Shown: positions 12,673 through 26,496, counted from the stretch's first letter. The stretch is DNA of 64,000 bases from Octopus vulgaris (GCA_951406725.2 OX597827.1:13888001-13952000); one strand, 5' to 3'. Notes: generated by a model from the sequence alone, not told the origin. Translations and numbers: made by a program.

Positions 12673-13483
12673 TTAATATGGAGCTAATAATTCACAAGAG
12701 AATACTTGCAAGGATATGATTGACTTAATTATTATCTTTGGATGGTTGATTTTTGTAGTTATTATCAGCGTAATTTGGCAAATTAAATAAGAATTTTGAT
12801 TGTTATTTCCAACAGGTAGACATACTCAGTATGTCTTTTGATTAATTTTAATCCTTCAGCTATTATATATGTATTAATATATATTTTTTTTTCTGAATTT
12901 GCATAAATGTGTATAGAATATGTCAGCTGAATAAAGTTACATGTTCTGGTTTTTAAACTTTTATTATTGTATTTTAAAGAAATTTTTTTTTACAATGTTG
13001 AAATGTGTTAAACATTAAAAAAAAATATTTTGTAATGTTCATAAAGTTTAGTTAGTTCTTTCATACGTTTGTAGTAATCATCAGATTTCAAAATGTATTG
13101 ACTAACAGTTGAGTTGAGCGCTTGACAACTATAGTAAAATGACTGACTTCTTTTTAGACCTTTCAGAAGGCTCTAAGAAGCAGAAACATGAAAAGATTTG
13201 GATTACACCAATCCAAATCTCTGAACTAGTAATTTAATTAATCAATCTTGAAAGAATACAAAGTGCACAGTTGCTCTTAGAAGGATTTGAACTCATAACA
13301 TAAAAATCCAGAACAAGCAAAGCAAGGCTTTTTGCCCTACAGTCTTAAACACTATCGATTCACCACATTGTAGTTTGTTAATACCCAAGCAAAATGCTCC
13401 CTTGACACCAGACATGTACAAATGAACACTCCCATTGTTATACCACATGGCCAAAGATTTAGATAGGTTAATTAAATTATATA

Positions 13484-13524
<41 letters not shown>

Positions 13525-13529
<5 letters not shown>

Positions 13530-13835
13530 GACTCCGCCGGTTACGACGACGAGGGTCCCAGCTGATACGATCAACGGAACAACTTGCTCGTGAAATTAAC
13601 GTGCAAATGGCTGAGCATTCCACAGACACGTGTACCCTTAACGTAGTTCTCGGGGATAATCAGCATGACACAGAGAGTGACAAGGCTGACCCTTTGAAAT
13701 ACAAGTACAACTCATTTTTGCCAGCTGAGTGGACTGGAGCAACGTGAAATAAAGTGTCTTGCTCAAGGACACAATCGCCGGGAATCGAACTCACAACCTT
13801 ACGATCATGAGCCGAATGCCCTAACCACTAAGCCA
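13525..13835 (-). mobile_element. SINE family C (tRNA-like head) in (TA)n
   Basis: Reverse complement TGGCTTAGTGGTTAGGG...GAGTTCGATTCCC...GACCCTCGTCGTCGTAACCG. Related copies at 2690-2880, 26872-27195 and 38230-38552. Confidence 0.8.
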
Positions 13836-14427
13836 TATATATATATATAACATCTAATTACATGATTAGATATTCTCATGTATTCTTAAATATTATTAAT
13901 AGTGTTCTCTTTTATAATTTTCATTTATTTACTTCTGGTACGTTTGCTTGACATTGAAAATTTATTTTTTTTACTGTTCCAGTGACAATCCCAAATTTTC
14001 TTTCTTTATTCTTATACTGATGTCTCTATTTGGATTGTGGCACTGCTGGACCACAGCCTTCAGGGAGTTGTAGCTGATTATCGACTCCCAGTACTTCGTC
14101 TGATTCTTATTTTATTGATCTCTGTTTATCGAGTGGCTAAATCCTGAATAAATAAATACCACAGTGTATTCTTCTTTTGAGGAGTTGAATTATCAGCAGT
14201 CACTTGCCATTATATACAACCACTCATGTGCACCCACAAATGCACCCACAAATGCACATACGCCACATTCATACATATGCACAGATGCACATGCACACAT
14301 GCATGAATTTACATACACACACGTGCACACACATATATATTTATATATACATATATATACATATATACATACATACATATATTAATAAATATACATACAT
14401 ACACACATATATATTTACATACATATA

Positions 14428-14763
<336 letters not shown>

Positions 14764-15261
14764 TCTTATATATATGATACTATATATGATGATATATTTA
14801 TATATAAGAAACAGGCTTCAGTGCAGTTTGTATCAACCATATTTTATGCGCAAGGTTTAACTAAGTCTGTGGCAATGGTTGAAGTCATTCCGTAATGTGC
14901 TACACAGAAGGATTGAACTCAGAAGCATTTGGTTATAGAATAAGCTTCTTTACAATTCAACCAAATGCTGTTTATAGATATAGCATTCAAAAACTCTATG
15001 CTATAATTCTACTTTTTGTCTACATTTTAACCTCCAAAAATCTTTATAAAATTATTTAGTCACTTGAAAACAACTTGCAGTCAATCAAATACTTCACAAA
15101 TCAGGCACCAATATTTTTTAAGGGTTATCAAGAGAGAATACATACCATTTTGGGGCTTTCCTCTTGATGGTTTCATAGTGCACTAGCCCTGCCTACTAAA
15201 TCAAATGGCTAGTATTTGATATTATTTGTTTTTTCATCTCAGGTTTATCAACACGATTCAC

Positions 15262-15694
15262 AGATCTTTTCGGTTTGAACGGCAGTTTTTTCTAGCGGTG
15301 TCATATGAAATTGTCACCCATAATTATGACCACTAGTATTGATCTATTGCATTTCAATCTGTTTTAGGGTTAGGGTTAGGGTTAGGGTTAAGGGTGGGGG
15401 GAAGGGTATCTTTTTTCTTCAGAAATGTAAATAAACCCAATCTGTTTCTTAAACAAGGGACATATTCATACGGCACAGAATGTTTTCACCTCAAATAGAT
15501 GTCATTGATTGGTTGAAATTTCAGAAATTGAAAAAAAAAAAAACAACAAATATCTTACAAACTATAGAATTTTCTCAATAAAGCCAAGAGAAAAAGATGT
15601 TTTATAAACACATTCTACCAGTATACGAAGTTTAAAAGTGTTTAGTTACGTGGAAATTATTTAAAAAAAACTGCCGTTCAAACCGAAAAGATCC
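15262..15694. mobile_element. MITE with ~28-bp TIRs, 8-bp TSD and internal (TTAGGG)n
   Basis: TIR (G/A)GATCTTTTCGGTTTGAACGGCAGTTTT ... AAAACTGCCGTTCAAACCGAAAAGATCC. TSD CGATTCAC/CAATTCAC. Confidence 0.9.
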
Positions 15695-16017
15695 CAATTC
15701 ACTTCTCCCCAATCGTGCTAAATTTACATGGAAACCAAAGTGCTTTCAATATGTTGCTGCTATAACATGGGTAATCTACAGGAATAAGGTGTTTAGTTCC
15801 ATGATATTTAAATCCATTCTCTTGCTCACGGAAATCCATCGTTAGTAACAAAATTAGTAACAAACATAGCTGCATGGTAAAGATGTTTTCTCTGCAGCTG
15901 CTAGCTTTTTGGATATGGGTTCAATGACATGGCACGGCAGCTTAAGCAAGTTCTTTTTCTCATAGCCTCGTGACTTTGTGAGCGGAATTTAGCCAACCGA
16001 AATTGCATGTAACCTTG

Positions 16018-16670
16018 CATCATCATCATCATTATCATCATCACTACCACCACCACCACCACCACCACCACCACCACCATCACATCATCATCATCATCAT
16101 CCTCACCACCACCACCACCACCACCACCATCACATCATTATCATCATCATCATCATCCTCACCACCACCACCACCACTGTCATCATCATCATCATCATCC
16201 TCACCACCACCACCACCACCACATCATTATCATCATCATCATCATCCTCACCACCACCACCACCACTGTCACATCATCATCATCATCCTCACCACCACCA
16301 CCACCACCACCACCATCACATCATTATCATCATCATCATCATCCTCACCACCACCACCATCACATCATCATCATCATCATCATCATCACCACCACCACCA
16401 CCACCACCATCACATCATTATCATCATCATCATCATCATCATCCTCACCACCACCACCACCACTGTCACATCATCATCATCATCCTCACCACCACCACCA
16501 CCACCACATCATTATCATCATCATCATCATCCTCACCACCACCACCACCACTGTCACATCATCATCATCATCCTCACCACCACCACCACCACCACCACAT
16601 CATTATCATCATCATCATCCTCACCACCACCGCCACCACCATCACATCATTATCATCATCATCATCATTA
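16018..16670. repeat. Compound (CAT)n/(CAC)n trinucleotide satellite with higher-order units
   Basis: Alternating CAT and CAC runs joined by recurring CCTCACC and CACTGTCAC linkers. Confidence 0.95.
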
Positions 16671-16824
16671 TGATAAGCTGTCCACTGACCTCAACAATAC
16701 TCTTAGGAGACAGAACACTGATGCCCCACCACCCACCACACACCCCCAACAGGATCCTTGCAGCCTAGGATGAAAAACTTTGGAGGAGTGCAATCTAGTT
16801 TCCATACTGTGATATGTGATTATA

Positions 16825-17075
16825 TCATCATCATCATCATTTAGCGTCCGCTTTCCATGCTAGCATGGGTTGGACGGTTCAACTGGGGTCTGTGAAGCCA
16901 GAAGGCTGCATCAGGCCCAGTCTGACCTGGCAGTGTTTCTACGGCTGGATGCCCTTCCTAACGCCAACCACTCCGTGAGTGTAGTGGGTGCTTTTTACGT
17001 GCCACCTGCACAGGTACCAGATGGAGCTGGCAAACGGCCACGAATGGATGGTACTTTTACGTGCCACCGGCACAA
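16825..17075 (-). mobile_element. Family D retroposon (RTE-type tail); further copies at 6455-6590(+), 24105-24415(+), 27750-27945(-), 39840-40145(-), 43350-43725(-)
   Basis: (CAT)n-TTTAGCGTCCGCTTTCCATGCTAGCATGGGTTGGACGG...GGATGCCCTTCCTAACGCCAACC. Confidence 0.85.
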
Positions 17076-17116
17076 TCCAGAATTGCATATGTTTGTGTAC
17101 ATAAGTCTGAGTATGC

Positions 17117-17147
<31 letters not shown>

Positions 17148-17989
17148 TGTGTGTGCATGTGTGTGTGCTTGTGTGTGTGTGTGTGTGTGCATATGTGCAT
17201 ATGTGCGTGTGCATATGCAAGTGAGTGTGTATGTATCATTTGCTAATTATATCATTAAAAGTTGTAAGCGCAGATCAAAAAAAGCCACTGAAGCTGTACT
17301 GCCAAACAAGACAACTTCTGGTATTTGTTCTGTCCGAGTTGTTCAGATAGATGTCCCTTTATCACTTTTACTGCAGTAAATGCAGCAAACCGGCAATTGG
17401 TTTATTGGAAAGCTGTCATCAATGACACTATTGTTTACAAAATACTACATGAAATAAAACCAAAAGAAGTACAAACTCACATATTGAAACCCGGATGTGG
17501 ATTTTTGTAGTGATAATATCACAGCTTTGGTCTATTCTTAATATTTTAAATGAGATACATACTTCAGTAAACAAAGTGAAAACAAACTCCATTATTAGAA
17601 ATGTTATATTTTCAATTTTTTTCTTTATCCAGCAAAAAAAGTTAGCTGCTGAGAATTGAAAAGTGCTAGCAAACAAAAACTATCAACTCTATCGTATTGA
17701 TAAAAGCATTGCTAACTTCTATCACAAAGTGATCAGAACACAAGACACAAACAACAGATAGAAGCATAGTAATGTATATCACTCAACAGTTTTTTTTTTA
17801 AACAGACCTACTCTTGTCATATACATAGAAAGAAGAAAACAAAAGCATGAATTTCACTGGTGGTTCATAATTTAGTTGCTTTCAACATCTGTTTCATTAA
17901 GAATAAATATAATTAATTCCATAATTATGTAACTGATATATAATTAATTAACATAAATTATATTAATTTAAAGCAATATTTATCCCAAA

Positions 17990-18220
17990 GGTGGCGAGCT
18001 GGCAGAAGTGTTAGCACGCCGGGCGAAATACGTAGCTGTATTTCGTCTGCCGTTACGTTCTGAGTTCAAATTCCGCCGGGGTCAACTTTGCCTTTCATCC
18101 TTTCGGGGTCGATTAAATAAGTACCAGTTACGCACTGGGGTCGATATAATCGACTTAATACCTATGTCTGTCCTTGTTTGTCCTCTCTGTGTTTAGCCCC
18201 TTGTGGGTAGTAAAGAAATA
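17990..18220 (+). mobile_element. SINE family B, full length with 15-bp TSD
   Basis: TSD AATATTTATCCCAAA at 17975-17989 and 18221-18235. Confidence 0.92.
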
Positions 18221-18259
18221 AATATTTATCCCAAATTAGCAGGAATATTACGGTAGGAC

Positions 18260-18690
18260 CACACAGACCCCCTCATCCAACTATTTTCTTCCTCAAAAAT
18301 TTTTGAAAATATTACCATAGGACACTGTCCTTTTACCAATATACAAAATGAACTCACACTGCTACATCACTAATTATGAACTATTTCATAACTGGTTTAA
18401 ATACAAAGCAAGACAGAGAAAATCAAATATATTCATTCACACACATAGAAAGCACACATGTGCACATACAAGCACATATACATATGCATAGAAAAAAGGT
18501 TACACAACCACAAATGCATAAACTTGTACATAACCATGAAAACATATAAAAAGGGGACAGTAAAAATACAGTAGAATCACACAGACCCCTCATCCAAATA
18601 GATTCTTCCTCAATATTACCATAGGGCACTGTCCTTTTACCAATATACAATATGAATTCACACCACTACACCCCTAATATATGCACTGCT
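18260..18690 (+). repeat. Local ~110-bp direct duplication
   Basis: CACACAGACCCC..CATCCAA...AATATTACCATAGG.CACTGTCCTTTTACCAATATACAA occurs at ~18260-18380 and ~18578-18690. Confidence 0.8.
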
Positions 18691-19265
18691 AACCTATGAG
18701 ACTGCTTCTCCAGCAGGGAAAGTTTGTGTGTGTATGGGGACACTTTACTAGCTAGAAATAGCAGCCAATACTCACTCAAATTACACTCAACTATCCTGAA
18801 TAAGAGAGAGGGCATATTTGATTATGTATTACTAACTGGTTGGTTTGTAGCTGATTCCAAAGATGTGCATTTAGCTTTTTGATCAGTTGAATTCTTACAC
18901 AAGAAATAGATGAGTAAGTGGCTGAGTATTCCGTAGACATGTGTACCATTAACTTAATTTTAATGCTGAATTAAAGTAACAGAATGAGACAAGGCCAGAT
19001 GCTTGAATTACAGGTATAATCCTGAGAGAGAGGGAGGAGAGGGGAAACAGAGTGGGGTTGAGAAGAAGAGAGTAAAGGTGAGAGAGAGTAAAGGTGAGAG
19101 AGAGAGCAAGACAAAGAGAGAAGAATTGACCTAATGCTGGACAGAGACTTTATTTATCAATCCCCAATAAAAATGAAAAGCAAAGTTGACCATGGTGGCA
19201 TTTGAACTCTGATTGCTGAGATCCAGAATGAACATTGCAAGGTATTCTACCCAACATTCAAATGC

Positions 19266-19788
19266 GGAGGCACATGGCCTAGTGGTTAGAGCAGCGTACT
19301 CATGGTCGAGGGATCATGAGTTCGAATCTCTGACTGGGCGATGTGTGTGTTTATGAGCGAAACACCTAAGCTCCAAGCGGCTCCGGCAGAAGGTAATGGC
19401 GAAACTTCTGCTGATTCTTTCGCCACAACTTTCTGTCACTCTTTCCTCCTGCATCTTGCAGCTCACCTGCGACGGACCGGCGTCCCATCCAGGTGGGGAA
19501 CCTATACGCCAAGGAAGCCGGGAAACGTAAACACACCAGCATCGGTTGTCAAACGATGTTGGGGAGACAAACACAGACACACAAATACACACACACACAT
19601 ATATATATACATATACATACATACGACAGGCTTCTTTCAGTTTCCGTCTACCAAATCCACTCACAAGGCATTGGTCGGCCCGAGGCTATAGTAGAAGACA
19701 CTTGCCCAAGGTGCCACACAGTGGGACTGAACCTGGAACCATGCAGTTCGTAAGCAAGCTACTTACCACACAGCCACTCCTATGCCTA
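19266..19788. mobile_element. SINE family C (+) fused tail-to-tail with SINE family A (-)
   Basis: The C head and body run to ~19523, then the sequence switches directly into the reverse complement of family A at GGGAAACGTAAACACACC. Both 3' ends are missing. Confidence 0.75.
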
Positions 19789-20029
19789 TGATGTATAATC
19801 AATGAGTTCAAAATTGTTTGGTATGTGTCATGGCACCATTTTTATGCGCTCACTCCCCCTAAGTTTAGAACCTTGTTACAACTCTGACATCAACTCCAGT
19901 ATTTGACAGGTACTTTATTTTATCGACCCCAGTGAGGATAAAAGGTAAATTTGACCTCAGCGGGATTTGAACTCAAATTGTTAAGAGTCTGAAGAAATGC
20001 CACTAAACATTTCGAAATTAGCTCAGTTC

Positions 20030-20340
20030 ATACGTTCACCTACTCTGTTTAACTCCTTCCTACACGATTTTCCCATATCTCTACAAAATATACGTCTTCA
20101 GCTGGCAATGACATCATAGTCTCATCTTCCCGCCATTCCCAGACACAGCTTCACAACCTATCCAACCCTCCGTCAACCATCTAGAAACATGGCTTCAAAC
20201 AACAGAGCCAAAAGTAGCATCTACCAAATTCACCACCTCTCTCTTCAGCCACTAACATCAAAGAATATTAGATACAGTCAACCAGCACACTCAATAATTT
20301 TAGCATACATCACACACCAAAGACAAAGATATCGTGTACA
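20030..20340 (+). pseudogene. Decayed non-LTR retrotransposon reverse transcriptase fragment
   Basis: Frameshifted translation SPTLFNSFLHDFP...NDIIVSSS...IQPSVNHLETWLQ...KVASTK resembles the LINE RT motifs SPxLFNxF, ADD and L..W. Confidence 0.6.
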
Positions 20341-20379
20341 AAACAGATACCAGCATGGCTGTATCGTTTTATATTTTTT

Positions 20380-20780
20380 TATCTTTTACTTGTTTCAGTC
20401 ATTTGACTGCGGTCATGCTGGAGTACCACCTTTAATCGAGCAACTCGACCCCGGGAATTATTCTTTTGTAAGCCCAGTACTTATTCTATCGGTCTTTTTT
20501 GCCGAACCGCTAAGTAACGGGGACATAAACACACCAGCATCGGTTGTCAAACAATGCTAGGGGGACAAACACAGACACACAAACACACACATGCATATAT
20601 ATACATACATATATACGACGGGCTTCTTTCAGTTTCCGTCTACCAAATCCACTCACAAGGCTTTGGTCGGCCCAAGGCTATAGTAGAAGACACTTGCCCA
20701 AGGTGCCACGCAGTGGGACTGAACCCGGAACCATGTGGTTGGTAAACAAGCTACTTACCACACAGCCACTCCTGCGCCTA
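20380..20780 (-). mobile_element. SINE family A, full length
   Basis: Reverse complement of the consensus seen at 11179, 23022 and 58103. Confidence 0.9.
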
Positions 20781-21102
20781 AGGTTAAGTTGTTCACTTCA
20801 TAACCATGTAGTAGTTCTAGTTCGATCCCACTACATGGTACCTTGATCATGTATCTTTTACTATAACCAGTAGTTGGCCAATACCTCATGAATAGAATTC
20901 AGTAGACTTGAACTGTATTTATATAAGATAGCATACAGTATATGGAATTTTATGTGAATTAATAATACTTATGAACAGTGGAAGAGAATATAATTGCTTA
21001 ATGCTTAATATTATTTAAATCTGATCTTGTCAATTGCATATGATAACTTGGACCTGTTTCTGACTTATTAAACCTCTTCAGCAAAGTATAACAGTCTCTG
21101 TA

Positions 21103-21298
21103 CTCTTATTTGTTTCAGTCATTTGACTGTAGCCATGCTGGAGCACTGCCTTTAGTCAAGCAAATCAACCCCAGGACTTATTCTTTGTAAGCCCGGTACT
21201 TATTCTATCTGTCTCTTTTGCTGAACCGCTAAGTTACGGGGACGTAAACACACCAGCATCGGTTGCCAAGCGATGTCAGGGGTACAAACACAGACACA

Positions 21299-21385
<87 letters not shown>

Positions 21386-21965
21386 GAAGCACTCTGTCGG
21401 TTACGACGACGAGGGTTCCGGTTGATCCGATCAACGGAACAGCCTGCTCGTGAAATTAACGTGTAAGTGGCTGAGCACTCCACAGACACGTGTACCCTTA
21501 ACATAGTTCTCGGGGATATCCAGCGTGACACAGAGAGTGACAAGGCCGGCCCTTTGAAATACAGGTACAACAGAAACAGGAAGTAAGAGTGAGAGAAAGT
21601 TGTGGTGAAAGAGTACAGCAGGGATCACCACCATCCCCTGCCGGAGCCTCGTGGAGCTTTAGGTGTTTTCGCTCAATAAACACTCACAACGCCCGGTCTG
21701 GGAATCGAAACCGCGATCCTACGACCGCGAGTCCGCTGCCCTAACCACTGGGCCATTACGCCTCCACATATATATATATATATGTATGTATACATATATA
21801 CGATGGGCTTCTTTCAGTTTCTGTCTACCAAATCCACTCACAAGGCTTTGGTCAGCCCAAGGCTATAGTAAAAGACACTTTGCCAAGGTGCCATGCAGTG
21901 GGACTGAACCTGGAACCATGCAGTTTGCAAGCAAGCTACTTACCACACAGCCACTCCTATGCCTG
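21103..21965 (-). mobile_element. SINE family A with a full SINE family C (21383-21766) nested in its central (TA)n
   Basis: Family A 3' half at 21103-21340 and 5' half at ~21790-21965 flank a complete family C copy. Confidence 0.85.
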
Positions 21966-22279
21966 TAGTTACCAAATTAAAGATAAGAGAATCACAGCAT
22001 TGATTTATGATATTGTAGGAGAGCAGACATCACACATTTCCAAAAAAGCTTAGGGAAATTAACCTGGGGATGCCATCCATATTAAAAATAATAGTTAAGT
22101 CATTGCCATCATACATATTGTAGCTTTACTTAACTCAGTTTTATCTAATGTCAATCAGGGTAATCTGGAAAGTGATTAACGCTTTGAATTATATCAAAAT
22201 CTCTAAAACTATAATGCAGTTTTGCAAACATTCAGCAACAATTATTTTCTTTCAAATTTTTTGGCTAACTTTTCTTATA

Positions 22280-22489
22280 TACTCTTTTACTCTTTTACTT
22301 GTTTCAGTCATTTGGTTGCGGCCATGCTGGAGCACCACCTTTAATCGAGTAACTCGACCCGGGACTTATTCTTTGTAAGCCCAGTACTTATTCTATTGGT
22401 CTCTTTTGCTGAACCGCTAAGTTACGGGGACGTAAACACACCAGCATTGGTTGTCAAGTGATGTTGGGGGGACAAACACAGACACACAA

Positions 22490-22529
<40 letters not shown>

Positions 22530-22690
22530 GCATACATACGACGGGCTTCTTTCAGTTTCCGTCTACCAAATCCACTCACAAGGCCTTGGTCAGCCCGAGG
22601 CTATAGTAGAAAACACTTGCCCAAGGTGCCACACAGTGGGACTGAACCCGGAACCATGTGGTTGGTAAGCAAGCTACTTACCACACAGCA
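22280..22690 (-). mobile_element. SINE family A
   Basis: Consensus match. Confidence 0.9.
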
Positions 22691-23021
22691 ACTTACCTAT
22701 TTTTATTTTGTTAGCCCTTTTCCCCATTTCTCGTAACTTTGAAAGGATTTTTTTTCTTTTTGTCAGCTTTCTGTAAACAATATGTCTTTGAATATTCATG
22801 TGCCACATTTCTGTAAATAATATTGGCTAGGTCCTTTAAAAACTCTTTTTGTTAAACAATTTCCAGTGGTTTGTGTGAGACATACGACTTCTCTTAGTTA
22901 TATTCCTAAGTAACAAGCCAGTGATAGGGTTTCCCTGTGGTTATTCAGTCAGCTAGAAACAGCACCTGAATTTCCCTCAAAATCACTCTTTATCATCTCA
23001 GGCAAAAAAAAAAAAAAAAAT

Positions 23022-23422
23022 AGGCACAGGAGTGGCTGTGTGGTAAGTAGCTTGCTAACCAACCACATGGTTCCGGGTTCAGTCCCATTGCTTGGCACCT
23101 TGGGCAAGTGTCTTCCGCTATAGCCCCGGGCCAACCAATGCCTTGTGAATGGATTTGGTAGACGGAAACTGAAAGAAGCCTGTCGTATATATGTATATAT
23201 ATATGTGTATGTGTGTGTGTTTGTTTGTGTGTCTGTGTTTGTCCCCCTAGCATTGCTTGACAACCGATGCTGGTGTGTTTACGTCCCCGTCACTTAGCGG
23301 TTTGGCAAAAGAGACTGATAGAATAAGTACTGGGCTTACAAAGAATAAGTCCCGGGGTCGATTTGCTCGACTAAAAGGCTGTGCTCCAGCATGGCCGCAG
23401 TCAAATGACTGAAACAAGTAAA
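23022..23422 (+). mobile_element. SINE family A
   Basis: Consensus match, inverted relative to the 22280 copy. Confidence 0.9.
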
Positions 23423-25819
23423 AGAGAAAAGAGTAAAAGAGAGCTGAAATATCTTTGATTATTTATGTTTGAATACAGGTAACCTGGAGCTAAGCAATAA
23501 CAACTTGTAAGCTTATGAGGAAGTCTTTCTTAGGTTGTTTAACCTGTGTGTATCATTTAGCCAGAAGGCAAAATAATGCCTAAAGACCCTTGACAAAGCC
23601 TCTGAAACAGATCAGAGATAGGGAAGAAGCTATCTTCAAACTGGGAACCTGGCATGAATGCATGCAACAGGATGGACTCAAATAAAGGCACCCAAGAATT
23701 AATTGAGAATATTAAACCAAGAAGCAGAGGAAGTCTACCACCCAAATTGGCCTTGGTGGGATTCGAATTCAGAATTTAAAGAACCCGAACAAATACCACA
23801 AGGTAACTTGTCCATTGCACTCGCAACTCTACCAGTTCACGACCCCCAGAAGGATAAGAACTTGGAATGCAAGCAGTATGAATAAAAACCATAAGGCATT
23901 TTGTTCAATGCTCTAATGACTTTGCCAATTCTCCATCAGCTCAGAATAGCAGTCAAATTACACTCAAATCACACACTACCACTTAAAAAAAAAATAGAAG
24001 GACACATTGGTTTATGTAGTTTTGGATACATTGTTTAAAAAATAAGATGGGATGGCCATAGCTGGAATATTTTGATCTTGGAGCCAAATCAACAACAACG
24101 ATGACATTATTAACAACAACATATTGGCTGTTGCCAGCGCCGCCTTGGCTGGCTTCCGTGCTGGTGGCACGTTAAAAGCACCAACCGATCGTGGCCGTTG
24201 CCAGCTTCTTCTGGCACCTGTGCAGGTGGCACGTAAAAAGCACCCACTACACTCGCGGAGTGGTTGGCGTTAGGAAGGGCATCCAGCTTTAGAAACACTG
24301 CCAGATCAGACTGGAGCCTGGTGCAGCCCCTGGCTTCCCAGACCCCAGTCGAACCGTCCAACCCGTGCTAGCGTGGAAAACGGACGCTAAATGATGATGA
24401 TGATGATGATGATGAACATACATAGAGTTAGGGGAAAATATGCTGACTGTGGTTAAAAGCTCACTTTGCAACCATGTAGACGCAGGTTCCATCCTACTAC
24501 ATAGCATCTGGGCAAGTGTCTTCTACTCCAGCTCCAGGTCAACCAATGCTTTATGAATGATTTTGATAGATGGAAACTGTGAGGAAGACCATCATATATA
24601 TAGGGAGAGTTTACGAAAAAAACAAAAGACGAAGACAGGTGGTGTACAAAACAAACAGATGTATTAGTATAACACTCAGGAATAGAAAAAAGTCTTTTAC
24701 GTTTCGAGCCTATGCTCTTCTACAACCCTAAATTTGATGTTGAATTTAGGGTCCGCTTAAAACATCATATATACATGAGTGTGTGTGTGTGTGTGTGTGT
24801 GTGTGCAATATGTATGTGTATTTGTATGTGTCTTTCTGTCTGTATTTGTGCGCACATTGCTTCACAACTGGTGTTGGTTTGTTGATGGGCCTGTACCATA
24901 GCAGTTCAGTGTAAAAGAGACCAATAAAAATAAGTACCAGACTTAAAATAAGTACCGGGGTAGGGGTGAGGTGGGGCTGGGGTGAGGGTGTTGATTTGAT
25001 TGGCTAAAAACTCTTCATGATCACAGTCCAGCGACTGGACTGAATCGAGTAAAGGATAGAAGATTGTTGCTGTAGCAATTTTTTGGGAGGAATGAAATCT
25101 TATAAAGCCATTATTGTTCCCAACGTTAGGCGAAAATTTCTGCAAAAATACACGGCAATGGTGATACGACGAAATTGGTTTTGGCCGCACGAAAACAAAC
25201 AAATAAAATATAAAGCAAAAACAAACAAAAAAAAATAATAATAAATGAATAAATAAATCAAAGTCCTCTTGCTTGACTAAGCTGTAACCCTAAATTTGAT
25301 GTTGAATTTAGGATCCGCTTAAAACATTTTCCTTACGTGTTTCTCATTATTTTCGTTTAAGACAACTTGCTTTTCCCACAGGTAAAATATATTGGACAAA
25401 ATAACAGAAAAAGGAAAAATAAAAGAAAAGATATGGAAACTTGTATAAAATAAATAGATTTTCTTCCTGCTGTTGTTATTGTTGTTGTTGTTGCTGCTGG
25501 TGCTAGTGGTGGTGGCGGTAGTGGTGTTCTTATTGCCGTTTATTTTGTTATTGTTGTACTGTGAATTTTCTTCTTTCTCTTCCTCCTTTCGTCCATTTAG
25601 GTCATGTCGAAGAAGCAGAGCTTCAGCCACGGAGCTTATCCAATTGAACCAATTGAATACCGCAGCAAAACGTATCATTATGGGTTTTTTTTTTTGTTTT
25701 TTTTTTATATATCTGTCACATTAGTGAGGTTCCAATCTATAATGAAACAGGAGAATAAGGCTGGAGACTTGGTGTACAGTGGGTGACCAGTTGGAATCTG
25801 GTTACTTGCTTTTAGTTGC

Positions 25820-26151
25820 AGTGGTGGTGGTGGTGGTAGTGCTGAGGGTGGTTGTAGTGGTGGTGGTGGTGGTGGTGGTGGTTGGTGGTAGTAGTGGTGA
25901 TGGGTGGGGTTTTGCTGTTGGTGGTAGTGCTGAGGGTGGTTGTAGTGGTGGTGGTGGTGGTGGTGGTGGTAATAGTGGTAGTGGCAGAGATAGCAGTAAA
26001 GAATTCATAGCAATGGTGAAGATAATGTAATATTAGTGATGGTGGTGGTGGTGGTGATGGTGGTAGTAGTAGTAGTAGCAGCAGCAGCAACTGCAGTGGT
26101 GGCTGCAGTGGCAGCAGCGGCGGCTACAGCAGTGGTGGCTGCAGCAGCGGC

Positions 26152-26210
<59 letters not shown>

Positions 26211-26235
26211 CAGCAGTAGTGGCAGCAGCAGCAGC

Positions 26236-26267
<32 letters not shown>

Positions 26268-26344
26268 TGGCGGCAGTAGTAGCAGCAGTAGTAGTAGTAG
26301 TAGTAGTAGTAGTGGCAGTAGCAGTAGCAGCAGTAGTAGTAGTA

Positions 26345-26387
<43 letters not shown>

Positions 26388-26422
26388 CAGCAGCAGCAGT
26401 AGTGGGCAGTAGTAGTAGTAGT

Positions 26423-26455
<33 letters not shown>

Positions 26456-26461
26456 GGCAGC

Positions 26462-26496
<35 letters not shown>

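Noticed and set aside
15364-15395. TTAGGG repeats as a telomere or fusion scar
   Set aside because: Only 3-4 units, and they lie inside a TIR/TSD-bounded MITE present twice.
16003-16773. 256-aa His/Pro/Ser/Thr-rich ORF
   Set aside because: It cycles through all three frames of CAT/CAC repeats, so it is a satellite rather than a gene.
20544-20846. Recurrent RRASFSFRLPNPLTRLWSA... and MLGGQTQTHK... ORFs
   Set aside because: Antisense translations of SINE family A copies.
25319-25678. 119-aa minus-strand ORF
   Set aside because: Low-complexity (poly-T/N) with no domain. It is better explained as UTR-like sequence.
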